Source of the DNA: Raja brachyura
Taxonomy: Eukaryota
NCBI GenBank assembly: GCA_963514005.1
Contig: OY740814.1
Span: 15,004,001 to 15,068,000 of the forward strand
Direction: 5' to 3'
DNA length: 64,000 nt
A program made the translations under genes and the position numbers. Positions 11,701-26,700 of the stretch are shown in pieces; positions within the stretch are counted from its first letter, which is position 1, and each line of letters begins with the position of its first letter. The notes under the pieces were generated by a model. That model ran no database searches and was not told where the DNA came from. It saw only the letters and a list, made by a program, of their open reading frames with translations.

Positions 11701-14700
11701 CTGACTTCCGTCATGCTCACCCACGTTCTCTTTCTCTGTCTCATCTTTTTTTTTAATCCAGCTGCTGCATGGTGGATTTTGTTTGATTACAGAACGATGC
11801 GGAGCAAACACTGCTACCACCTGCCTCTCCACTGTGATGGCAAATTTGCTGTAAGAATTAGCTTTAGTGGTCTGGGTCTGTATTTTCACACAAGAATGAG
11901 AGGTAATCTCATTGAAACTTTGACAAAATACCTGTGTGCCTTGACAGCTGTAGTCAGGTTAGTTCCATTTGCTGAGGATTTTAATAGATTTCTGAATACA
12001 AAGGGAGTTGATGGATAAAGAGATAGTGCAGGAAAACTATGCTGAGGGAGATCAGCTAAGATTATGATGAATGGTGAAGCAAATTCAGAAAGGTCGAATG
12101 GACTACTCCTACTCCTAATTCTTATGTTCCTCATCTTATTTAGAATCTATAATTTAAACTATTTTTTGCCACTAAATTTCATAACAGCATCCAAATATGC
12201 AAGATATATGGTGGCATTAGTACCAAAATGTTAGATTATTTCTGCAATTAACAAACTTTGTGGCTGCAGGAATATAGAAACATAGAAAACATAGAAAATA
12301 GGTGCAGGAGTAGGCCATTCGGCCCTTCGAGCCTGCACCGCCATTCAATATGTTTTTCTCATCTCGGTCGTAAAAGACTTCCCCCTTATCCTTAAACTGT
12401 GACCTTAAAAATGCAATCACCATGCGGACAGTACCCGAGATCAGGATTGGATCCAGGCTACTGAAGGTGTGATGTACTAATTGCTGCAACAACATCCCTA
12501 TAACCTTCAGCAGACTACCAAATTTAATTTAAAACAAATTCCCGCCTTCTAATTTTTGTTCACTCCCATGGGGGAATAATAATCGCAATTAATGTTTAAT
12601 GTATTATCATGGAAAATGTCTTATGAAGACCTACCTTTAAGAATCTCATTAACATAATTATTCATGTACTGTATTCGCCACTTATCACACAACTCAGTAC
12701 ACTGCCATTTCTCAGACACTCCATTTTCTGTCACATAGATTCTCGGGTTACCATATCGACTCTGAAACAAATCAGAAAACAAAAGCATTGCAAATCAAAG
12801 ATTTATTTCCCAAATTTCAAATTTATTGTTAGTCAAACTCATCCAGACTGACTTTTTATTTTATTTTCAAGCCAGGCTTGACAGAAAGCAGAACATGTCT
12901 TGCATTGTTGACCAATTGTAAAGAAGCCAATTCTGCTGGAGTGAACTATTACATTATGTATTGTTTTAAATGCGTGTGGTGATTTTTTTTTTTGTACAAA
13001 GAGATAGAGATTTCTGAACAAATGAAGTTGCTGTGTGCAAATTCCCGCAACTATGTATGGTGTTTATGACTTGAAAGTAATTTGTTTGTTCAGCACCTTA
13101 GGATCGTAATTAGGGCGAGGAATCACAAAAAGTCAGTATTTCCACAAATAATATGCAATTTATTAGACCAACCTCTTTGTTTTTTTTCCAGATGCACTTA
13201 TCGCAGGAGCTTACACATACCCTTCACCTCAAATCTATGTCAACACAATTAAATGTCTGAAATGTCCCCCTGAAATTTTCTGTAATTTTTTCTGTTTATG
13301 TATTTCATGTTGTTTGTTCTGCTTCATTTAATTAAAACATATTTTCTAAACCTATTTGTGATTTGAAAACGATGCTGGGTATGGTGTTCATCTTCCAAAG
13401 CTTCAGTTAGAAGCCTGCTTCTCAGTCTGTGTAATGACTCCCGGTACAAGCGCGGATAAATTGTCCCCAGCTGACACAATGACAGATCGATGAGGCTTCT
13501 TCAACACCACTTCCAATCTTGTGATCTTGACAACCCAAAAGACCTTGGAACAAAAGTGGCAATGCTGGAAGAATTCAGCCAGTTAAGAAGCATCTGTGAA
13601 GTGAGAAACCAGTTAATGTTTTGGTTATGAAGGGTCTTCAACCCAAAGTATTAACTGGTTACTCTTTCCATAGATGCAGCTTGATTGGTTGAGTTCAACA
13701 CCATTTTGCTTTAAAATCGAACACTTCCATCTTGTGGATGGAATCTAACTTTCCCTCCATTTTGGACCCGTTGCTATTCTTTCATTATCTTTGAGAATGT
13801 TAAAATGAAGGAACTGCCGCATACCTAAAGTACTGAGGGAGTACCACCACCACTAGGACTAGAGTGGCACAGGGATAGCTGACCACCATCTTCCTGGGCA
13901 ACGGGATGAGGTAAATTCTGGAACTTATTTTTTAAGAAGATTTTCAAAACTAATGGTGTATTTGTTCTCATACTTCCATAATACAGCATGAACCCAACTG
14001 TTATAATAAGGGAACAAAATAGAGTTCAGAAATTGTGCTTTTTTCTTTGACATACATATATGCAGCTCACTAATTCCTTATCCACCTCTTCCTATTCCAC
14101 CTCTTCTCTGTAGCCTTGCAAATTATTCCTTACCATAAATATGCAGTACTGCAGACGATATGGATCTGCCTTGACCACATCTACAGATAATGCCCCATAG
14201 ATTCCAACCTAGCTATGTACAAAAAAAAATCCTCCTGTGCCTTCTCCCTTATTTTATGCCCATAACCTCTATTTCCCGGGGCCCTTCAACAGTGATACAT
14301 CCTCCCACTATCAACTCTGTCCTGACCCTTCATCATTTTATATACTTTAATCTTTTCTGCTGGAAAGGGACAGTTGCAATTTCTCCAATCTTTCCTTGAA
14401 TCCGTAGAGCCTCACTCCTAGAAATATTCTCATCAATCTTTTCATGGTCCTTTTTAATGTCTTCACACCTATCCTCACAGGATAGGAATCTGAGATAGAG
14501 CTTGTTATATTCTTTCATTGTTAGATTTGTTTTATCCTTGTTCTCAGTGAAGGGAAGTATTTACTGGTGTTGCACTTTGCAGGAAGTTTCCATCCTATCT
14601 GAGATCCTAACATTTAATGAGCCTTTCTCTGAAGGTGGACTAATGCACCATGGATTGACAACGCAAACTGGAGGCTGAAAAGCGTAGTTAGCAAACTGGC

Positions 14701-17700
14701 GCCAAGGAACAGATCAGAGTTAATAACGTCCTTGGTTAGTGCTCACTCTGGCTTAGCAGGGCAGCAGTACTAATTCAGAGTAAAGTTATACAGTGTTGAA
14801 CAAACAATGGCCTACTGAATGGAGGTGTAAGGATATGAGTGTTTATAAAGAAAGAACACATTTATGTAGCATGTTTAATAACTCAAATTGATTTATTCAA
14901 AGTATTTTCTAGCTAATTAAATGTTTTCTGCAATGATGCAGAAAACAGCCCATTTGTGTGTTCTACGATCCCACTATCAGCAATCCGAGGAGGAGTTAAA
15001 TTGGTTGAGAGATAAATATAGACCTGAAAACTAAGAGAACACTATTTTTGAAGTATTGCAATGGGGTTTCTTGTTTCTTCCTGGAGATGGGCTCTTGTTT
15101 AATGTCTCAACCAAATACCAGATCTGTTCTGATGAGACACCGCCTCAGAACCACACTGGTCAATTATGTTTTCAGGTTTTTGATGTTACACTTGGCCCAC
15201 ATAGAACACTACCTACTGGGTGAAGGCTAAATGTTGAATACTTGTGGCTTGAGGTTAATTCTGCAAAACATTTTCGGATTTGTCCTTGGATCAGTTGACT
15301 GATTGCACATTCGACACCCACTATAGAGTTTGAAGACCATTCAAGTTGAGTACTGAGATGAGACATTAAACCAAGATGCCATCTGATTCTCTTGGGCAGA
15401 AGGTGCTCTCTCTGAATCCTAGCCAAATGTTAACCATCAGTAAAAGAGTACGCGTAGTCATCATCAGATTGCTGTTTGTAGGACTTTCTGTGCACAAACT
15501 GATGGCAGGTTTGAGAAAGGAGGACTTTGGCCTATAGTATGTTTACAAGTCATGGGATCATGAAATAAATAAATGTAAATAATTTGTCATTACTCCAACG
15601 AAAAATTAAATTACGTGTCACCAATTTGTAGTAAATACCTTTATAAAATTCAGGATCCTTCTGAAACCCCAGGGTACGGAGTAAAGCCATTCAGATCCTG
15701 GGTCTGGCCACTGTGGGTCCACGAGTTCCACTAAATCACGATCAGTGTGATAATTAGGCCCCTTGCTGTAATGGTAATTCTTGTGAGTGATGTAACGGGT
15801 CGTGAAGTGACCCAGCCCAAAAAAGTCTGCCGTGCCTTTGATGAAGTGTTTCTCCTGTGGAGTGAAGGCAGGCAGTCTTGAGTTGCCCAGGCCTTGCTGT
15901 GAACTTTTTCTCCCTGTTGATGGAGTAAACACCGTGGTTATTTAGAATTAGTTCAAAGATTAGATGTTCTGAACACTACCATTGGCTCCAATGCTAAATT
16001 TGCCCAAGTCTTGAACTGACCCCATTTTGTCCTGGATTTCATGTTGTGACATTGAATTGCATTGTCTTCGTAAAAATAGTTTTACATTGCTCAGATTCAA
16101 TCAAAATCTTTCACATTTTATTAAATTGAAAGAGTAGGAATGAATGCAATATAAGTAGCTGGAAATAATTCCGACCAGCAAAGTAGATAATGGACAAGAA
16201 GAAAAACTGTTCCTGTTGAATATATAACAACATGAAAATAATGTATACATGCATTTCCGATGTCATATAGGACAATGTATCTTTCCCAGGCAATACGTCT
16301 GTGAATCCCTTCTATCTACCACTTTAGGATTTTTTCGCTTCCTGTTTAAAATTCTTTAACTGATGCAGACACAGGTGCTGTAACATCATGAGTTGCCATC
16401 CACTGTTCATGCATGTCGTTATGATATGATGAATCTCTGCCTTTGCATGCCTAATATAAAGCCAGGCTTAAATCGGATGGCATTTACATCCATACTGCGG
16501 TACTTCTGGGGTCACATTTTCCACGTGGCCTACTAAAAGCAGCAGTTAACTAGGGAAATTAAAGAACTGCAAAATTGGTGCCATTTTAAATTATATTAAG
16601 AAAACAAAATACATTCTCTAACATTTGCCTGGTTGCATTTTAGACCCCTAAATAACCCATTGGAAAATCAGAATTATATGTGTCTAAACAGATTAATTTA
16701 CTCTCTGTTTTTAGTTTATTGTTGTGTCAGGTTAAGTTGCTGTATAGGCTGTGTGTGCGTATGTGTGTATGCATCTGTGTGTGTGGAGTGTGCACTCACT
16801 TTATTCCATCCTATTATTTTATACTTACCAATACAGTCTTTCATGACTTGAGGGTAGTCGCCATTGAAAATAGGGTTGGCAAACCAGCCAAGATTAAATT
16901 GGATGTATCGCTCAGCAGCCTCAATATCCTTCTGGCTTGTAATGTCGACTGGATCTCCCCACTCACTTGTGATGGAAATACCCACCATGCCTTTAATATT
17001 AAAATAATGTATAATAAGTACCACATGAATAGTCTTTTCAATTACAATATATGTTTCAGTTGTGATTTTTATATATCAAACTGTTTCCTGAGTCAAACCC
17101 TCCCGTTTCATCAAGCTCTTTAAAACCTCTCACCACCAATTTAAAGGAGGATAATCCCAATTTTGCATAACTCCACAGAACTGCTCAATCATTAATACTC
17201 ACTGAAATATAACACAATGTGCTGAACTTAGACCTTTCTAATGACTTTAATAGAATTATTTGAGTCTGGAGCTTGAGTCTCATAAATTCTACTTGAAACA
17301 TCACCCTATCACCTCTGTTGATCTATATAGCAGAAAGTAGTCAGATCATGCAATATACTTTACACTAGAGGTTCCAGTTCACTCCTGTGCTACTTATTTG
17401 TTTTATGTTTGAGACTTGAGAGCTCGATACCTTTTTGGCGACTACGCCAGAGTCTGTCGTACGTGTGCCAAGCTGTCGCATGGGCCTGTGAAAGAGAAGT
17501 CAACACCAAGAGTGTTACTGAAATCATGGCTTCTTCACATTTTCCTCCCCGACAACCTTATTTAAATTTTCCAGCTGTCTTGCCCACCAAAAGGAACAGA
17601 AAAAGCCCTTCCTCCAAAACCGGACATCAGAATGTGGTGAGTAAGGCTTCTCCCATTGGTGACCCTCGACCTTGGTCATGGATTGAAGCCACATTGTGGG

Positions 17701-20700
17701 AACCCACTTGACTGATGCCTTGGTGCAATACTGAGGCAGCGCAGCACTGCCAGAAGTCCTGTACGGTATATGGCATATCCTATGAGGCTGAGAATGCATG
17801 TTCTGCTCATGTCCTGGTCTCAACCACTGGCAAAACTGATTAATTCCTCATGTCTGTTGCATTTTGTTTTATCCAAATTGATTGGAGAATGCTACATGAG
17901 GACCTCGTCAGATCAGGAAAGATGCTGTCTGCAAGCAAGTAAAGCAAAACTGATGATCCACTAATGGACAACAAGATGAACAACCTGGCTCGGACAAAAC
18001 TCTGAACATTAATAATCCATTGTTTGTTATTTGCACTTTATCAGTTTATTTATTCATGTGTGTATTTATGTATATAATGGTATATGGACACACTGATCTG
18101 TTTTGTAGTCAATGCCTACTATGTTCAGTTGTGCTGAAGCAAAGCAAGAATTTCATTGTCCTATCAGGGACACATGACAATAAACTCACTTGAACTTGAA
18201 CTATCTGTTTTCTCAGAAGTCCTCATGGATTGGAATCCAGGTCACTTGGTTCTGTTGACTGTGCTTCTATTTAACTCACTGGCCCCAATCCTACATCCCA
18301 CATCCCACTGAACTCACCAGGGCCCCATTGTCACATTCCCTTTAATCTCATGTAGACGCTGTTCCCATACTGCCTTTAATCTCATGAGGACCCCATTCTT
18401 ATACTTCTTTTAAACTCACCAGAGCTGCATTCCCACATCCCTCTAAACACCCGATTCACTGAAATGTTTATCATAAAGCGAATTAAAAGTTAGTTGGTAT
18501 TTCAAAAGGAATAATAACATCTGCCAGTCTGGCACCACCAACGTACCAAGTGCGCTAGATTATCAGAATTTAGTGTTCTTTTATTTCATTGTTAGAAACT
18601 TACCTTAATAATGTTATGTGCTGCCCTATAACCTCCTATTCCATTGAGCTTTAACCCTGGGGCATGCTGTCCAACCTCGTATCCATCGACAGCTATGGAC
18701 TGCAATATATAATACATAAGCATCAGTTGATGGTAGTCTAAACATATCCCACTTATTCCACTGTGATCTAAAGCTCCTGAATTGTACTTAAATTTCCCCA
18801 TGATGGAGCTGCAACCATGTAGGCCAGCAGCAGCTATTTTCCCAGACAGGGTCTACCCATCTTTCTTGTTTGCAGTCATTCAAAATGAGTGGGAAAGAAA
18901 TAAGCATTTGTGCCAGTTATTAGCCTGGCAAGGGATATTTGCTTTGTGGTCTTTTGTCAGAAAGTTTATAAGAAAAGTGTTGACAGCAGGATATCTGCAT
19001 TGAGCAAAACAATGATTGTGTCCGAGCTATAGGGAGAGGTTGAGTAGGCTGGGATTCTATTCCTTGGGGAGCAGGAAGTTGTGGAGTGATCTTATAGAGG
19101 TGTATAAAATCATGAGAGGAATAGATTGGGTAGATGCAGTCTCTTACCGAGAATAGTCGAATCGAGGACCAGAAGACATAGGTTTAAGGTGAAGGGGAAG
19201 AGATTTAATTGGAAGCTGAGGGGCAACTTTCACAGAAAAGGTGGTGGATATATGGAACAAGCTGCAGAGGAGTTGAGGCAGGGACTATCCCAACATTTAA
19301 GAAGCAGTTAGGTACATGGATAGGACAGATTTGGAGTGATATGGACCAAACACGGGCAGGTGGGACTAGTATAGCTGGGACAGGTTGACCGGTGTGGGCA
19401 AGTTGGGCCGAAGGGCTTGTTTCCACGTTGTATCACTATATGACTCTGTTTGGTTATAGAATTCTCATGTGAGATTGAGAGGGAGATCAATAATGGAGGT
19501 GGAGCTTGAGAGGTGGGACGAATGGGTTAAACAGGAAAATGCCATGGATAATCCTACATAAATTTGCCAACATAACACATGGGATAAACTGGTAATTAAC
19601 CAATCACAGGCCACTGCCTGCGACGAGGACATAGCATTACAGATCATAAACAGTTTGTTGAATTGGTGAGAATTTTGCTTAATTCATTCTCAAAAAAAAA
19701 AAATTTGAGTACTAATTAATTTTAGATCATATGGTTTCATTTTTATACTTTAAATTTTATTTCTTACTTGTGCTTTCAATTAATATATGAAACAGAAACA
19801 CCATGGAGAATAGTGTAAGACAGGCTTCAACTGAATAATATAGAAAAGTATAGTTGGACAAAAATGGTCTCGTCATCATAATTAATATTTATTTTGAAAC
19901 CATTTTCAATAATTTTAGTTGTTACTTTCAAATAGAGTTCTGAACACATGGCAGCGCTCTACATTTGGAGTATGAAAGGTAGTTGCCATGTTTCCAAAAC
20001 AAAGCATGTCACTGCACCTCAGTAGTGTGAAAAGGTACTATGTAAAAGCAAGTGTGAGCAAGTGTGGGCTTCTTAAACAGTGTTGCCTCACTTTTGCAAT
20101 GGGCTATCATGCTACCAAAGCATAGAAAACTAAGTGTCTAACATTAGATTGAAACTGGATCCAATAAGAATGGAGAAATGTTTAATTATACAAATGTGAG
20201 CTTTTTTTTAATGGGGAGAGTTCAGAGCCAATTTGCTTATAAACAAACAACTGAGAGCATATATACAATTGTGCAATGTGGAAGAGTTACATTGTTAGAA
20301 CAGATACAAATAAAATAACTCTAATCATGTACAGAACAGTACAATTTGGCCCACAGTGTCAATGCTGTACATGATGATAAGTTATACTAATCTGCTCTGC
20401 CTGTATATGTGATCCATATCCTTCTATTTGTGCATGGCCACATACCTATCTAAAAGGCTTTATTTGCACAGCTTTTTAAGGAATACTGGAGTCAAAATTT
20501 ATCAGTGCTGAACAATTGGCGACTGATACCTCTCATCTCCCAGCATTGCGTTCCACAAGTTAATGTTCAATTAATCAAAAAGCATTATGACATAAAACGT
20601 ACCCAAGGATTGTTGAAAGTAATCCAATGTTTCACTCGGTCACCAAACTTCTCAAAACACAGGTTGGCATAATCATTAAAGAAGTTAATCATACTACTGT

Positions 20701-23700
20701 TCTGCCATCCACCATATTTATTTTGGAGGACCTAAAAATAATAGAGATAAATACAAAATGAGAAACAAGTGCCATTTAATGCATTATAACTTTTCTTCTC
20801 AAACATGCTGTAGTGCATACCAATTTCTAGTGGGCTAACATGACCTTAGATGAACAAAAAAACAAGCCAGTCATCAGACGTAAACTGATCAATTGGTGAA
20901 GGTATCTGCAGGAAGAGCATGGCTGACTGTACAATAAATCTTCGTTTTAACGGACCTCCTTAAAATGGATTTCGGTTATAGCGGCGGACCCGTTGACGGT
21001 TTCTAGCTTCACCGCCTCCCCGGCTGGGCTATTTTCAGGTGCACTGCCGGTGCTGCCACCAGCCACTTCCAGGCCGGCCCACACCGTTTTCCCTTGCCAC
21101 TTTCAGGCTGGGCTAACAACCCCACCCTCAGTCGCTTCCAGGCTGGGCTGCCAACACCATCTTCCTGGCCGCTTTTAGGCTGGGATGTCGACACCACCCC
21201 TGGCCCACACCGCCTTGCCCAGCCGTGTCAAGGCCAAACCTACTGCTGCCTCAGCCGGCCCACACAGCTTTCTAGGCCTCTTTCAGGTCGTGCCTGCCGC
21301 TGCCGACCTTTACCTGCACTCCAGCCGCATGCAGGCCGGTACCAACGACTCCACCAATCTTAACCTCTCCTTTGGCCAGCAGGCCCGGGCCATCAACTCA
21401 CCTGGAATCCACGCCCCGTTGTGGACTGAGAGTCTGAAAAAGGGTCTCGACCCAAAACGTCACCTATCCATGTTCTCCAGAGGTGCTGTCTGATCTGCTG
21501 AGTAACTCCAGCACTTGCAGTTGTTTGTTTCTGGTCCAATATAATGATGGTTTACGGTACTTACATTAACAGGGCCAGGTGGCTGTACAGTAAAGGGAAT
21601 TGTGGACCCCATCCACAGAAATTGGAAACAATATTTTAATAACCCAGTATGCCCTAAGAGAACCATAAATGTACAGGCTGTGAAAAGAGATGGAGAGAGA
21701 CGCCTTTGTTAAGATTAACACAGCTCTTTTCTGAACTCCTTTCCCAAGACAATGAAATTCTTGACAGTAATAAAAAGGACTCCAAAAGGCTAGTTTCATT
21801 GCCAACTTCTTTGTAAATATTAAATAGTCAAAATAAATATTGTTAGAGCATTTCAACAGAGTTCATATCCGAACAGAGTGATTATAATCTCAATTCCACT
21901 GTGTCTCGTGGGACGGTTTGTTCAAGTTACATATCAGTTCCAATAAACCCCTGACGTAAAGGCAGTGCATTCAAAAGGCGAGAGCGGGTGGCGGGAATAG
22001 ATTACATTTGGAATTTTCTAATCTTAAACTTAATTGTGACTATATGTTAAAGCTGAATATAGCCACGAGATTGTAATTCAAATTGTGGCATTGATACAGT
22101 TTTAAATCAGGCAGCAAAGTTAGTCTGGTCTGAAATCCTGTTTGTTTACACGAAGGAAGAGTGAGATGTGAAATGTAGTGTAATGTTATAGGAGAAGTAA
22201 CAATGAAATCAGTTCATAACTGGCAGGGTTTTACCTTAAAAGACATTGCAGCCAGGGAAGGGTGACCTGATCAGTCATCAAAGGTTATAGATCATTAGAT
22301 TATCTGCATGTTGACCCCAAATTGATCATGATGACATGCTCCACTGATAGCACATAAGGGTAGGGAAGGAGTTCGTTATGTCAGCTGTTACATTGTTGCC
22401 ACTGTAGTCTGTCAACCTCAGAGATGTTAAATCCTATATCACCACAGAACTAGGAATCCTGATCTATTGTCATTATTAAATCTCTTATCTAACACTCAGA
22501 TAGATGGAGACACTAGTCCGACAGTAATACAGGAACCTGTGTGTAACACAGCTGTACTAGAGCTAGAACGTCTGGTCCCTGGTTGTTCAGTCTGTGGTGG
22601 GAAGAGTGGTAGCAGAGTTATTAAAGTTGGTCACAAGTACCCAAATCTGAAAAGGTAAAATAAAGCCAGACTTTTCACATACAGGGGGAAGTGCAGAAAT
22701 TCAGATTTGCCATCTTGTGGAGAGGCACAATATATACATTCTGATGTAATGGGGCAAATGTATGCTCACAATCATATTGAATTTTTAAATGATTATTGAG
22801 ATGGTCGATTCCCCCACTTTCCATTCCCTCCACCCCACCCTTGCAGATGCTCCTGCGGAGAAAGATTGTAATCATTTTGGGTTGCAATGACAGAATTCAG
22901 TAGATTAAGAAAGGGTTGTAGCATCACAGTATTCTGAGTGACACGACCACTTTCTCTAAAAGCATGGTCCTTAGGACGAACACAACAGTCTCCTCCTGCA
23001 CAGGTTAAAATTAACCATGTGGATGAGGCCTATGCTCTTTTATTTTTATTTATCTGTGGGATGTGGCTATTGTGTATAATTGTTGCCTTTTTGTGACTGA
23101 CATTCAGCGGAAGAGTCAGTGCTCATTTATTTGTTTGTTCTCACACTACAGACAAGGTTGGGTTGATGTCTCCGTGAAACTCTGCAGTCCCTTGACTGAA
23201 ACTGTACCAGTATTTCCTAGATCACATTCAAACATTTGGTACAGACCTGTGGAAGATCCCAGTGGTACAGGGTCACTATGGGCAGAATTTGGCTCTCCTG
23301 TAGGGTGTTTATCAGTTCATTATAATAGTCGATTCCTTTGTCATTCACTTGCTCGGCTGGAGAATTTTGAAAGATAAGAAATAGATTATAATATACAAAT
23401 GAAACATTTATTTGTAAATACAATCTTTGTTATACCTGACTGTAACTTTCCGAGAGTGAGAACCTCCTCCCATAGTTATATCAAGACTCTTATGTAGTGC
23501 TAATACTGCTAGGCTATTGTATGTGGCAGTGCCGGAGATCAGATTTGGGAGTTGATGTGGTGGGGAGGAAAGGTTAGGAGATGTCATTGCTCAGCAGGAA
23601 TTTTTAATACTGAGCTAGTATCCCAGCATCAGCAAGTTTGGCAATCATGGATGTACACAGCTATTAACTGACCTCACTCAGGATGATAGATTTATCCTCA

Positions 23701-26700
23701 TTACTCAAAGCACAGAAACAGGGAAAGAAAACAACCTTAGTATAATCCTTAGTTATCATTCAGTACCCATAAATTTGTACAAGGTTGGCGGAGAGTAGAA
23801 GGGTGTCAGCCAAGGTTAAAGTAGTGGGCATAACAGGTATTTTTTCTTAATAATACAAAATAATGATATTTTCAATTCTGTCCGCCCCATTACAGGAAGG
23901 ATGTGTAGTGGGCGGTGCAGTCGGGGGAAACTTTTTTTCAATCTCTTACCTTGCCAGAGATGCGATTGTTTTCCGGATTGTATCTCCGGTCGCTCTGCGG
24001 CCTAACATTGTGGAGCTGGAGCCTTGCTCGGGACTGACTGTGAGCCCCACCACAGAGCGTGGACTTACCATCGGAGCCGATCCCTTGCCTGGGCTCGATG
24101 CTCCAACTGCGGCCTGCGCCCTTTAACATCAAGGAGCTCGCAGTCTCGGGTTGAGACCGACGTCGGGAAGCTCCAAAAGCTGCACAACGTTCGACTAGCC
24201 CCAACCCGGGGTAGATCACCTGCCATGGGGGAGCTGAGATTCCCCCCCCGATGCAGGAGCTTGATTGCCCCGACGAGGAGGCCCGCCGCTGGCTACGGGA
24301 GAAAGATCGTCCCGTCAACGGAAGGCCCCCGACCCGTGGAGAGATTGAACTTTTTTATCCTTCCATCACAGTGAGGAATGTGGAGGAGTCACTGTGGTGG
24401 ATGTTCATGTTAAAATGTATTTTGTGTGTTCTGTTGCTGTTTATTGGTATGACTGTATGTTGCATGTATGTTGCACTGTAATTCCTCGTATGTTGCAAAA
24501 CATACTTGGCTAGTAAAGTATGATTATGATGCCATCCTGGTTCTTCAAACCTGGTCTGTCACAGCTGTGGGACAAATGCACAGCTTCTTTCCCTTCCCTC
24601 ACAGGGTGACTGAGGCCAAATGCTTACTAAGCAGAAAATGTTTAAAGGGGGTTCCAAACCAAAAAGTGTAAAAAGAGAGATTTCATATGAACTCATAGCT
24701 CAGGACTCTGCCCTTTGGCCCATAAACTTTGTGTCGAACATAACATCAATGTAAACTTCACATCTACCTCCACATGGTCTATATCCCTCAGTTCCCCGTT
24801 CATGTCTCCCTGTGCCTTTTAATCATTACTATTATATCTGCTTTCGAAAACCTGCACATCCTGCCTATAATGTGGCGACCAGAAATGCAAACCATATCTC
24901 CTTGTAATTGATTTGTATTACAAAGTAAAAATACCTGCTTAGTCCCAGACCTTTTACCCGGCCTGACACCCATCCACTCTCTGCCAATCATGTGCAAATC
25001 TGTGGATGCTGAAGTGCAACAAAAGATTATGCTAGAGTTAATTTTCTCCCTGTGAACAAGGAGGGAATCTGCTCGCTTCTGACAGCATTAACATTAGCTT
25101 ACTAGCATTCAGAGAAGGTTGACTCCCTTCCCAGCAAGATAGTAAAGTGAGAGATGTTACCTTTTATCCCCGTTGGTATAATTCGAGGCCAGGATATAGA
25201 AAAGCGATAATGATTGACTTTTAACTCCTTCAACAAGGCAATGTCCTCCTGTAATAAAATCAGGTGTTAACCAGGCTTTGCATGCATGAGGAAAATTATG
25301 AAGATGTTACTGGGTTTAGAAGGTTTGCTGGACAGGCAAGGAATTCTTTACCTGGAACATAGGAGCCTGAAGGATTATGTCATAGAGGTTTGTAATATCA
25401 CTAGACCAAGAGGGACACGTTGGGTCCCTGTCACACGGGAGGGTTGGTCCCCGAACGCAATATTCCACCACTCACCCATAGCCCCCAACTGTGCAGCCGC
25501 GGCTGACGGGTTGCCGTTGTGATGCCAGAGATCCCCGTTGTGACGCGAGTCACGGCAACCCTACCCAAGTGCGCCTCGCGATCCCTCTTCCTAATGCTAT
25601 CCACCATTCCTCCTCATCCCCAGCACTTAACCATATAACCATATAACCATATAACAATTACAGCACGGAAACAGGCCATCTCGGCCCTTCAAGTCCGTGC
25701 CGAACACTTCCTCCCCCTCCTCTTCACCCTCCCTCTTCTTTAACCTCCCCTTTTCTGCTCCCCTACTCCCTCCCCCACCTCTCCTTCCCCCTCATTTCCC
25801 GACCCTCAGTCACTCCCTACCTCCCTCCATAACCACTCTCACCTCCCTACCCACCTTGATGTGAATGTAAGGTGGAAGCTGCAGTAATTTTTTTAACTGA
25901 GTTTTTTAATGTAAATGAGATCCCATTGTGATGTCATTGTGGGGTGGAACACTGCCGATGGGCAGTTTCTGTAAATGAGATCCCATTGTGATGTCATATC
26001 TCATTGTGATGTGATACGCTGCAAACTGCCAGTGCAGATGGAAGAGATCTTTTCAAAATGGGGTTTTGTAAAGTTTAAAATGTCAATAACTTGTAAAGTA
26101 TACCATCAATCTGAACAAATCTTGATACTACACACCACAAGACAATGGTGAGCAAGGTGGGCCAAAAATTGTTGGGAGATGTCATTGCTCAGCTATCGTG
26201 TAATGTTTTGATGTAATTCCGGACATCAAAGACAGACAGACTTAATAACAAACAATTGTTAAAGAAGGAACTGCAGATGCTGGAGAATCGAGGGTTACAC
26301 AAAAAGCTGGAGAAACTCAGCGGGTGCAGCAGCATCTAAGGAGCGAAGGAGATAGGCGACGTTTCGGGTCGAGACCCTTCTTCAGACAAACAAGATGAGT
26401 GTTTTTGTAATATAATAGACCAAGTGGGACCTGTTGGGCCCCGTTCCCCCAATGCAATATTCCACTACTCACCCGTTCCCCCAACGCAACCCGTTCCCCC
26501 CATGCAATATTCCACTACTCACCCATAGCCCCCAACTGCGCAGGCGCGGCTCATTTCCCCTCATCCCCCAGCACTCCCTCAACCTCCTCTACACTCTCCC
26601 TCTTCTTTTCCCTCCCCTCCCCACCCTCCATCACCTCTCTCTCAATCTCCTTTCCCGTACACTTGATCTCTCCCTCCCTCCCTCCCTTCATAACCCCTCT

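Noticed and set aside
21040-21320. Regularly spaced TCCAGGCTGGGCT-like units resembling a CRISPR array
   Set aside because: Eukaryotic intron, degenerate minisatellite inside a MITE, spacers related to each other, no cas genes
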